The notes below the pieces were generated by a model. That model made no database searches. It was given only the letters and a program-made list of their open reading frames with translations, and was not told where the DNA came from. The translations under genes and the position numbers were made by a program. Shown piece after piece: positions 28,305 to 35,876 of a stretch of DNA of 64,000 nucleotides. The DNA comes from Bacilli bacterium. GTDB lineage: Bacteria; Bacillota_I; Bacilli_A; RFN20; CAG-826. Every line of letters starts with the position of its first letter. Position 1 is the first letter of the stretch. The stretch lies in assembly GCA_022653695.1 (NCBI GenBank), contig JALCSW010000001.1:53979-117978 (forward strand). The letters are read 5' to 3'.

Positions 28305-29177
28305 ATGAAGAAAACCTTTGCCTTGTTCGCCGTCTCGGCGATGCTCCTCGCCGGATGCGCCGGATCGTCCAGTCTTCCCCTCAAGGATGGCCTCACCGTC
28401 TATGCGAGCTTTTACCCGATTTACGATTTCGCCAAGCGCGTGGGAAAAGGGCACGTCACGGTCGTGAACCTCACCCCCGCCGGCGCCGAGCCGCACGATT
28501 ATGAGCCGACGACCGAGAAAATCGCGGGCCTAGAGGAAGCCGACGCCATCTTCGTCAACGGACTGGGCATGGAGAGTTGGACCGGCTCCCTGAGCGAAAA
28601 GGCTAAGAGCAAAACCGTCACCGTGACCTCAGGCATCCCCACCCGAAAGATCGACGGCGTCGTCGACCCCCACGTTTGGCTCGACCCCAATAACGCCATC
28701 AAAGAAATGCAAAGCATCGAGAAAACGCTCGCGGAGGCCGACCCCGCCCACGAGGCCGATTATGAGAATAACCTGGCCGACGCGACGCTGCTTTTCACGG
28801 CCCTTGACGAGAAAATAGCCGCCGTGAGCGCCTCTTTCACGCAAAAGCACATCGTCGTGTCCCACGCCGCGTTCGGGTATTTCTGCGACCGATACGGGCT
28901 TGAGCAAATCTACGTCGATGGCATTTCCCCCGATGACGAACCGACCGCCAGGGGGATCGCCGAAGTGATCGACGCGGTCAACGAATACGGCGTCGACACC
29001 GTCTATAACGAGGAACTGACATCCAACGAGATCGCCGAGAAAATAGCCGACGAAACCGGATGCGCCATGAAAACCCTCTATACTCTGGAGGGGCTTGAAG
29101 AGGACGAGCTCGGCACCGAGAATTACGTGAGCAAACTCACCCGCGACGTCAATATCCTCGCCGAGGACTGCCGATGA
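28305..29177 (+). CDS. znuA: metal (zinc) ABC transporter substrate-binding lipoprotein
   Basis: 290 aa. Lipobox LLAGCAG. TroA/ZnuA cluster-9 SBP fold motifs. Confidence 0.85.
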   Translation: MKKTFALFAVSAMLLAGCAGSSSLPLKDGLTVYASFYPIYDFAKRVGKGHVTVVNLTPAGAEPHDYEPTTEKIAGLEEADAIFVNGLGMESWTGSLSEKAKSKTVTVTSGIPTRKIDGVVDPHVWLDPNNAIKEMQSIEKTLAEADPAHEADYENNLADATLLFTALDEKIAAVSASFTQKHIVVSHAAFGYFCDRYGLEQIYVDGISPDDEPTARGIAEVIDAVNEYGVDTVYNEELTSNEIAEKIADETGCAMKTLYTLEGLEEDELGTENYVSKLTRDVNILAEDCR

Positions 29178-29827
29178 TCGAATTCGACGACGTGTCCTTC
29201 TCCTATCGCGACGAAGCCATCCTCCAAAGGGTGAGCTTTCGCCTTGAGGACGGGGAATACGCCGGCATCATCGGGCTCAACGGCACGGGCAAAACCACGC
29301 TTCTGAAACTCATTTTGGGTTTGGCTAGACCCACCGCGGGGAACATTAAGCGCGATCTTGGGACCGTTTCCTACGTCTCGCAGACCACCTCGCTCAGCGA
29401 CGCCTCCTTCCCCTGCAGCGTCTACGAGGCGGTGTCCCTCGGCCTCGTCGGGGCAAAGCCCGCCCTCTTCGACTTGCGGAAACGCAAAGAGAAAACGCTC
29501 GCCGCCCTGAAGGAAGCCCATCTCTACGATTTGCGGAACCGCTTGGTCTCCGAACTTTCGGGCGGTCAGCTCCAAAAGGTCAAAATCGCGAAAGCCCTTA
29601 TCGGCGGACCAACCACGTTGGTGCTCGACGAACCCGATGCCGGAATGGACGAGGCCAGCCACGGACGCCTGATCGAAACCATCGCCGATTTGCACGAAAA
29701 GCGCCACATCTCCATCGTCTTCGTGAGCCACCACTACGAAGACCTCAAAGACGCCGAGGCAATCTACGAAGTCAAGGATCGGGGACTTATCAGGCTCGAG
29801 AAGGAGGACAAACGTGTTCGCCTATAG
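29174..29827 (+). CDS. znuC: metal ABC transporter ATP-binding protein
   Basis: 217 aa. Walker A GLNGTGKTT, signature LSGGQLQ, Walker B LVLDEP. Confidence 0.85.
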   Translation: MIEFDDVSFSYRDEAILQRVSFRLEDGEYAGIIGLNGTGKTTLLKLILGLARPTAGNIKRDLGTVSYVSQTTSLSDASFPCSVYEAVSLGLVGAKPALFDLRKRKEKTLAALKEAHLYDLRNRLVSELSGGQLQKVKIAKALIGGPTTLVLDEPDAGMDEASHGRLIETIADLHEKRHISIVFVSHHYEDLKDAEAIYEVKDRGLIRLEKEDKRVRL

Positions 29828-30638
29828 TTTCATGCGACTGGCCTTCGCCGTGGGGATCCTCCTCGCCATCGCGATCCCCCTCGTCGGGAGCACCGCCGTC
29901 TTCAAACGCCTTTCGATGGCGGGCGACGCGCTCGCGCATACGTCCTTAGCCGGCGTCGCGATTGGGCTGGCCGCCGGGACGAACCCCCTTTACGTCGCCG
30001 TCATCGCCTGCGTCGTCGCCTTTCTCATCATCGAGCTCATCCGCAAGAAATTCCAGAAGTTCAGCGAACTCGGGGTCGCGGTCGTCCTTTCGGCCGGCGT
30101 CGCGATCGCCGGCGTCATGACCTCTTTCACCACCGCGGCGAACTTCGAGCAGTATCTGTTCGGATCCATCGTCCTCGTCAGCATGGACGAACTTTATATC
30201 ACGATCGCCCTTGTGGCGGTCGTCGTTCTGGCCTACCTCTTTTTCCACGAGCAGATCCTCGCCTCCATCTACAGCGAGGACGAAGCCAAGATCCAAGGCG
30301 TCAAGCCGGAGCTCATCAACCTCGCCCACTCGTTGCTCCTATCCCTCGTCATCGCCATCTCAAGCAAAATCATCGGTTCGATGGTCGTCTCCTCGCTCAT
30401 CGTGCTGCCGGTGGCGTGCGCCCTTCAGCTCAAGAGGAATTACCTTTGGACCATTCTCTCCTCGATCGGGTTCTCGCTCGTTTCGGTCACTTCCGGCCTC
30501 GTCGCTTCCTACTATCTCGATCTCAGGCCCGGCGCGACCATCGTGAGCGTCAACGTCGCCATCCTCCTTGTCCTTCTTCTCGTCAGCCAAAGCCTCTCCT
30601 ACGTTAAAAAGAGACGCTCGCTCGCCAAAAGGGAATAA
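29814..30638 (+). CDS. znuB: metal ABC transporter permease
   Basis: 274 aa, 8-9 TM. ZnuB/TroC-type permease. Confidence 0.85.
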   Translation: MFAYSFMRLAFAVGILLAIAIPLVGSTAVFKRLSMAGDALAHTSLAGVAIGLAAGTNPLYVAVIACVVAFLIIELIRKKFQKFSELGVAVVLSAGVAIAGVMTSFTTAANFEQYLFGSIVLVSMDELYITIALVAVVVLAYLFFHEQILASIYSEDEAKIQGVKPELINLAHSLLLSLVIAISSKIIGSMVVSSLIVLPVACALQLKRNYLWTILSSIGFSLVSVTSGLVASYYLDLRPGATIVSVNVAILLVLLLVSQSLSYVKKRRSLAKRE

Positions 30639-30666
30639 GAGCCAAGGGAACGTCAGGCGGGTTTTC

Positions 30667-31236
30667 CTATTTTCCAGATTCTCTCTTATCGATCATCGCG
30701 ATTATCTCCTCGGACGATCTTTGATTCGTTGCATCGGCGACGCCGTTAGGTCGCCTAAGCGCTTGAGCGCGCTTGGATTCGCCGTTCTTGGCTTGGTTAA
30801 AAAGGGATTCAAGATCATCGCGGGCCAAGGCTTCTTTTAAAAACCGCATTGAATCCTTAGGAGCCTTCGCCCAACCTCCATAAAGCCTTTCCATCGCCGA
30901 ATCGACGGCGGCGAAAGAAACGGGGTTTCCTTTTTTCTTCTCCTCGATCAGAATGCCAACGATATCGCTTTGATCGCTCCGATATGGCCTAAAAGCCATG
31001 AGCTTCGTCGCGATTAGGTATTCCCTCACGACTTTTCTTACGCTTAGAACGTAAGCAAAGGTCTTATAAGGGACCGAACAAGAAACCAGCCTCGACGAAT
31101 ATGACGGCGTTTCTTTGAAATCATCGTTAAGCCACCGATCGGACAAGCCCATTTCGTCGCCCACGCATTCGATGGTTTCCTTCATGCAGGAGTCGCAGAT
31201 GGACTGTCGGCATCCACGTCGCAAGAGGACTCTCAA
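30667..31236 (-). CDS. hypothetical protein (Cys cluster near N-terminus)
   Basis: 189 aa. ORF-track start is TTG and the first ATG is at MKETIEC. Overlaps the upstream 49-aa ORF by 4 nt. Confidence 0.3.
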   Translation of the reverse strand: MRVLLRRGCRQSICDSCMKETIECVGDEMGLSDRWLNDDFKETPSYSSRLVSCSVPYKTFAYVLSVRKVVREYLIATKLMAFRPYRSDQSDIVGILIEEKKKGNPVSFAAVDSAMERLYGGWAKAPKDSMRFLKEALARDDLESLFNQAKNGESKRAQALRRPNGVADATNQRSSEEIIAMIDKRESGK

Positions 31237-31382
31237 AACTTATAGGTCGTGATTACGGCGGCTTCTCCGACCAAAACGATTTCGGCCCGAGCCTTTCGCC
31301 CAGCCCGTTTTCGGTACTCCAAAGCCAATCGATGAAGGGCTTTATCCACGCTCTCGGAAGTCATCGCCTTCTCAAATGACAT
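31233..31382 (-). CDS. hypothetical small protein (49 aa), overlapping both neighbours
   Basis: ATG at 31382 gives MSFEKAMTSESVDKALHRLALEYRKRAGRKARAEIVLVGEAAVITTYKF. Not in the ORF track (<60 aa). Could instead indicate a frameshifted longer gene. Confidence 0.25.
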   Translation of the reverse strand: MSFEKAMTSESVDKALHRLALEYRKRAGRKARAEIVLVGEAAVITTYKF

Positions 31383-31953
31383 TTCTGATATCCCCTTCCA
31401 CGATGTTGAAACGAAGAAACTCCGGAATCGCCTCGTCTATGGCTTTCATCGTTTCTTTGCCTTTTGGCAGAATCTTGGAAACCAGGGATAACGATGCGGG
31501 CCGATATTGTCTCCGCAGTTTCATCTTCCTAAGACAGGCGAAATCCGAAGGGCTGGGTAAGCCGTTGACCCGGCAAAGGTAATCAACCATGCCCAAAAGA
31601 TAAAGCGCCTCGAAACTACGGCCCTCCTCCTTGGCCTTTTGGATGCGTTTGCTCTTTAAAACGTCTTTGATGAAAGAAAGGTCGCCTTCCTCGGACACGG
31701 CATGGCAAACGTTGCTTCGGAAAACGCTTCGGTTAGCACTTTCCATCTTTTTTTGCTCAATCGCGGATTCGATCAGTTCATCGACGCTCAGCCCCAAAGC
31801 CTGGCTCAGCCGATAAACCGTCAAAGCCGAGCAATCCAAAATATCCGCGGCTCCGCTTATTATGTCGGTCACGGTTGTTTGGGGGATCCCACTTTGCTTA
31901 GAAAGACGATATCCGCTCATATCTTTGTTTTTAAGGGCAAATTGAAGGTTCAT
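31372..31953 (-). CDS. XRE-family HTH transcriptional regulator with C-terminal domain of unknown function
   Basis: About 193 aa from MNLQFALKNKDMSGYRLSKQSGIPQTTV (classic XRE HTH). Start chosen downstream of a perfect palindrome that the longer ORF would read through. Confidence 0.55.
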   Translation of the reverse strand: MNLQFALKNKDMSGYRLSKQSGIPQTTVTDIISGAADILDCSALTVYRLSQALGLSVDELIESAIEQKKMESANRSVFRSNVCHAVSEEGDLSFIKDVLKSKRIQKAKEEGRSFEALYLLGMVDYLCRVNGLPSPSDFACLRKMKLRRQYRPASLSLVSKILPKGKETMKAIDEAIPEFLRFNIVEGDIRNVI

Positions 31954-31966
31954 AGGCAACAACAAT

Positions 31967-31984
31967 ATGTCGGTTAACCGACAT
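31967..31984. promoter_or_regulatory. perfect 18-bp palindrome ATGTCGGTTAACCGACAT (putative autoregulatory operator of the XRE regulator)
   Basis: Self-complementary 18-mer 14 nt upstream of the proposed start codon. Confidence 0.45.
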
Positions 31985-32061
31985 AAATGCAACCTGATTC
32001 TATGGGTTGAGTTGCGCTTTTTTTCTTGTCTTGAGGTTTCCTTTGAAAAGGAATGCCGTCT

Positions 32062-33783
32062 TCAGGACATAAGGTACTTTAGCAAGCCCCAAAAGCCTCG
32101 CTCATCGTAGATTTGGCGATAAAAAGACAGTTCGTCTTTGATGATGCCATCGATCGCCCCCATGCTCCGAAGTTCCACATCCGCGTTGTCGTCGGTGAGG
32201 CGGATGCCGCCATCGGCGTATGGTTTGGCGGCGTCGACGACGGAGCGGAGATTGTATTTCATCGCTTCGTCGACCGGAAGCGTCTCGATGACCGCCGGAG
32301 TGAGGTTCCGCGCCGATTCCGGATTCTTGAAGGCGAAGAACTCGAGATTCCCTCCCGTCTTGACGGATCGGCAGGAAGGGAAAACGGAGGCCACAGTATC
32401 CCCGATCGCCGCGTTTACGCTTCGGGGTCCTTCGTCGATCATGTTGAAATTGAGGACCATGACCCCGTTATCATTGAGGTGATCGTAAACCTCTTGGAAA
32501 AACTCGACGCTCGCCATCTGGAAGGGGATCGAAATCCCACTATAGGGATCGGCCATGATGACGTCGTAGGTTTTCTCCGCGTGCGTGATGAAATAGCGGC
32601 CGTCGTCGCAACGGACGTCTTCCACCTCGTCGGTGATTCCGAAGTACTTATGCGAAATATCGATGATTTTCCGATCGATCTCCACCCCTTCGATCGCGGT
32701 CCGGTAAGGCAGATAAAGGTCGTTCTTGCACAAACTCGCATAGGTGCCCGTGCCATTGCCAAGGACCAAAATGTCAGCGGAACCCGTTTGGTCGATGCCC
32801 GCGTAATAGGGGGCCGCCAAGGCGACGTCGTAATACATGCCTGTGAGGGCATCGTTCGGCTTTTTGACCGACTGGACGCCAAAGAGGACGTTCGTCGAGA
32901 AAGTGAGGGTCCCGTCGCTTTCGCGCTTGACTTGGAGATAGTTGTAAACCGACTCCCCTTGATACACGAGCTCCTCGTTCCAAAAGACGAAGTTGCTGCC
33001 GGCGTCAAGAACGCCGCCCGCCACGGCAAGGGCCAGCATCAGCGGAATGACGACGGCTTTGCCGATAAGGGACCCGTGGGCTCGTTTGCCAAGTTTCCTT
33101 TCCTTAAGCGGAACGCCCTCCTTATCCTTGGGTTTCCTCTTTCTCCCATTGAAAAAATCGATGAACCAAAAAACGTAATAGAGAAGCCCGACGATGACGA
33201 GGAGACCGCCGAAAAGGAGGAACGTCAAGGCGGTGCCGATCGTGGGAATGGTGACAAAAGTCGGCAGAAAAGTGCCGATGATGGAACCGATGGTGTTGAG
33301 CGCTTCCAGCAGACCGACGGTCTTGCCGGACGTGTTTTTCCTCACCGCGCAGCGCTTCACCAACGTCGGGGTGACCATGCCAAGGATAAGAAGGGGCGGC
33401 ACGAAAAGGATCAGGCAAGTCAATAGAGACGACCAAATAAGAAGCCCATTATCGACGAATAGGGCCAAAAACGCCGTGAAAAGGGCGATTACGTAGCGGC
33501 CGAAGAAAGGAACGCAGCAAATATAGGCTCCGGCGATAAGGATCAGCAAAAACAAATGGTCGACCCCCGGATGCTTATCGGCGATTTTCCCGCCCCACAA
33601 GTTCCCGATCGCCATCGCGATCATAATGGAGCCGATGATAAGGGTCCAAATGATCTGGCTGCTCGAAAAATAAGGAGCCAGCAAACGGCTAGCGCCTATC
33701 TCCACCGCCATGATCGAAGTCCCGCAAACGAATTCCGTCACGAAAAAGAAAATGTTCCGCTTCAAAAGTTTGCTTTCCAACAT
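32062..33783 (-). CDS. membrane-fused spermidine synthase-like (polyamine aminopropyltransferase family) protein
   Basis: 573 aa. N-terminal ~7 TM MFS-like domain, then SAM-dependent spermidine-synthase fold (ILVLGNGTGT, DVIMADPYSG). Confidence 0.65.
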   Translation of the reverse strand: MLESKLLKRNIFFFVTEFVCGTSIMAVEIGASRLLAPYFSSSQIIWTLIIGSIMIAMAIGNLWGGKIADKHPGVDHLFLLILIAGAYICCVPFFGRYVIALFTAFLALFVDNGLLIWSSLLTCLILFVPPLLILGMVTPTLVKRCAVRKNTSGKTVGLLEALNTIGSIIGTFLPTFVTIPTIGTALTFLLFGGLLVIVGLLYYVFWFIDFFNGRKRKPKDKEGVPLKERKLGKRAHGSLIGKAVVIPLMLALAVAGGVLDAGSNFVFWNEELVYQGESVYNYLQVKRESDGTLTFSTNVLFGVQSVKKPNDALTGMYYDVALAAPYYAGIDQTGSADILVLGNGTGTYASLCKNDLYLPYRTAIEGVEIDRKIIDISHKYFGITDEVEDVRCDDGRYFITHAEKTYDVIMADPYSGISIPFQMASVEFFQEVYDHLNDNGVMVLNFNMIDEGPRSVNAAIGDTVASVFPSCRSVKTGGNLEFFAFKNPESARNLTPAVIETLPVDEAMKYNLRSVVDAAKPYADGGIRLTDDNADVELRSMGAIDGIIKDELSFYRQIYDERGFWGLLKYLMS

Positions 33784-34067
33784 AAGACCCCCTTTTGTTT
33801 CTGTTGATTAAGATTATACAGGAAAAGGCATCCGACGATGAAAAACGGCAAAACCCGATTTGACATTCGGCGGTTCTTCTTAAGCCAAAACGAAAACTAC
33901 TTCATCCGACAAAGAGCCGAAACGCGATCCTTAGGAAACATGGCAATTGTCTTAATGACGTTAAGAAAACAGGGCTTTCGACGAACAACAATCGCTTTAT
34001 TTCAATAATTAGTTCGCGCGCGCGAAATTAGCCTATGCCAAAGGAGAAAGACGATAAGCGGATTTGG

Positions 34068-34081
34068 TGAAAGCGCTTTCG
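34068..34081. promoter_or_regulatory. cre-like palindrome TGAAAGCGCTTTCG upstream of -35
   Basis: Matches the CcpA cre consensus TGWAARCGYTWNCW at 13/14 positions. Same motif recurs at 38978, 39002 and 47037. Confidence 0.5.
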
Positions 34082-34089
34082 GTTTTTTG

Positions 34090-34118
34090 TTGACGGACGG
34101 GGGAAGCGTTCCTATAAT
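34090..34118 (+). promoter_or_regulatory. consensus sigma-A promoter TTGACG-17-TATAAT
   Basis: -35 at 34090-34095, -10 at 34113-34118, exact 17-nt spacer. Confidence 0.65.
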
Positions 34119-34125
34119 AGTGATG

Positions 34126-34145
34126 TTAGGAAATCGGTTTCCTAA
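34126..34145. promoter_or_regulatory. LacI-family-type operator TTAGGAAATCGGTTTCCTAA (20-bp palindrome, central CG)
   Basis: 9-bp arms TTAGGAAAT / GTTTCCTAA (one mismatch) around CG. Lies 8 nt after the -10 box. Related copies at 38906, 46966 and 47096. Confidence 0.6.
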
Positions 34146-34247
34146 AATGATGAGCCGGTAAGGCAATCAATCAGGAAATCAAGTTAAAGTCGGTATTTGA
34201 GGTTCATGCCCTTGAATATAAAACCCACAATTTGGGAGGGAAAAAGT

Positions 34248-35786
34248 ATGAGAAAAACAAAAATCCTGTTTGTCTTGGCGGCAAGCGGACTTATGTTGTC
34301 GGCATGCGGAGGCACTAGCTCGTCAGCGAGTAGTCTCACCCCGTCGTCAACGTCCGCCTCGGCCTCTTCGAACGGCGGATCCACTTCAGAAAGCTCCTCT
34401 AGCCACAGCGCTAGTTCGTCGAGTCAGGCCGGTTCTTCTAGTTCCTCGAGTTCTTCCAGCTCCTCGAGTTCGTCAAGCTCTTCTTCGACTCCTTTCGTCG
34501 GAACGGACGTTTTCCTCACCGCGAGCAACGTTTTGGTTTACGGCGGCGAAGCGGCGGCCAAAACCGGTTACCTCACCTATTGGGCCGGCGATGGCGGAGC
34601 CCTTACGAGTTCAAGTTATGATGGCACCACCATCACGATGAACTTCACGATGGGGTGGGCTTGGTACGGCGTGCAACTGTTCTATGTCGCCCCTTATGCC
34701 ACTCCCAACAACGACTATGCCATCTCGGCCACTCTTAACTCGAGCGTTTCCGGCAGCGTTACGATCGACGGGAAAGCCGTTTCCCTGACGGCGAACGCGA
34801 ACTATGACTTCAGCACCGACTTCACCCAAGGCAACGGGGCGACCTTCGGCATGCAAATGGGCGTTGACGGCACTCCGCTAGGAAACGCCACCGTCAAAAT
34901 CTCGAATCTCAAAATCGTCGATAACACCAAAACCAACGTCTATCATGAAGTCACCTTCAAGAACGGCGACTCCCTCGTCGGCACGGTGCTCGCCAAGGAA
35001 GGCGAGGCCCTTTGGACTTATCCGGCCGATCCGACGCCCGCGGAAGGTTACGTCTTCGATGGCTGGTTCTATGGCGACAGCGAATTCAAGCCGGGATCAG
35101 ACGTCGTCAACGGCGATTTCACCGTAACCGCCAAATTCATCCAATGCGCCACCTATTCCGTCAAGCTATATAACGGCAGCGAACTTCTTGACACCTTGAC
35201 CGTCGCGGAAGGGAAGACCGTTTCGATCCCTGACGACCTTGACTATGGCTTCGCCCATAAGGCCAACGGCTGGTACAAGGACAGCGAATTCACGAACGCC
35301 TGGGACTTCGACGCCGACACCATCACCGCCGAAACCAGCCTTTACGTCCGCACCGCCGTCTATCCGGACGAGACTTACGAAAACAGCGAAGACCTTGGCT
35401 GGAAGATCGCCGACCAATACATGGCGATGCAAGACGACGGCTCCTTCCTCTACAGCGGGGAGGCCCCCTTTGGGGGAAGCGAAAGCTGGCATCGCCAAAT
35501 CAACTTCGACAACGTGCCGGTCGGCGTCGCGGGCACCAACTACGCGCTGACGTTCGAATACAAGATGAACTATGCCGCGGATACGAAGATTTGGGACAAT
35601 GTCGCCAACGCCGACAACGGCACCACGACTTCCCTGGCCGTCGCCGCCTCTTGGACGAAGATCACCATCAATTTCGCCGGCGGCGCCTTCAACGCCAACA
35701 ACAAACTCTCGTTTGAGCTCGGCGCCCAAAGCGGAGACGACACCGTCGCCTTCGCCCTCCGCGACGTCGCCGTCGCGGCGGCCTGA
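34248..35786 (+). CDS. surface lipoprotein with Ser-rich linker and two Listeria-Bacteroides-type repeat domains
   Basis: About 512 aa from MRKTKILF. Lipobox LSACGG. ~70-aa poly-Ser linker. Two repeats of pattern Y.V.F..G....T......A..P.DPT..GY.F.GW (List_Bact_rpt-like). GGGAGGG SD. Confidence 0.55.
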   Translation: MRKTKILFVLAASGLMLSACGGTSSSASSLTPSSTSASASSNGGSTSESSSSHSASSSSQAGSSSSSSSSSSSSSSSSSSTPFVGTDVFLTASNVLVYGGEAAAKTGYLTYWAGDGGALTSSSYDGTTITMNFTMGWAWYGVQLFYVAPYATPNNDYAISATLNSSVSGSVTIDGKAVSLTANANYDFSTDFTQGNGATFGMQMGVDGTPLGNATVKISNLKIVDNTKTNVYHEVTFKNGDSLVGTVLAKEGEALWTYPADPTPAEGYVFDGWFYGDSEFKPGSDVVNGDFTVTAKFIQCATYSVKLYNGSELLDTLTVAEGKTVSIPDDLDYGFAHKANGWYKDSEFTNAWDFDADTITAETSLYVRTAVYPDETYENSEDLGWKIADQYMAMQDDGSFLYSGEAPFGGSESWHRQINFDNVPVGVAGTNYALTFEYKMNYAADTKIWDNVANADNGTTTSLAVAASWTKITINFAGGAFNANNKLSFELGAQSGDDTVAFALRDVAVAAA

Positions 35787-35876
35787 TCACCCTGAGGATC
35801 ATACGCCATCATAAGGGGCGAAGCATCGCGATTGCTTTGCCCCTATTCAATGCCATCGCCAAATAAGGAAAAACCC

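Noticed and set aside
33905-33950. Extra half-site-like sequence CCTTAGGAAACATGG and GTTAAGAAAAC upstream of the 34068 cre-like site.
   Set aside because: Only one arm of motif A is present and there is no CG-centred dyad. Likely chance similarity.
34380-34500. Tandem AGC/TCG-rich nucleotide repeats (also at 36040-36180 and 55380-55600) that could be mistaken for a repeat array or CRISPR.
   Set aside because: They are in-frame poly-Ser linker codons inside lipoprotein genes. No spacer/repeat periodicity and no cas genes.
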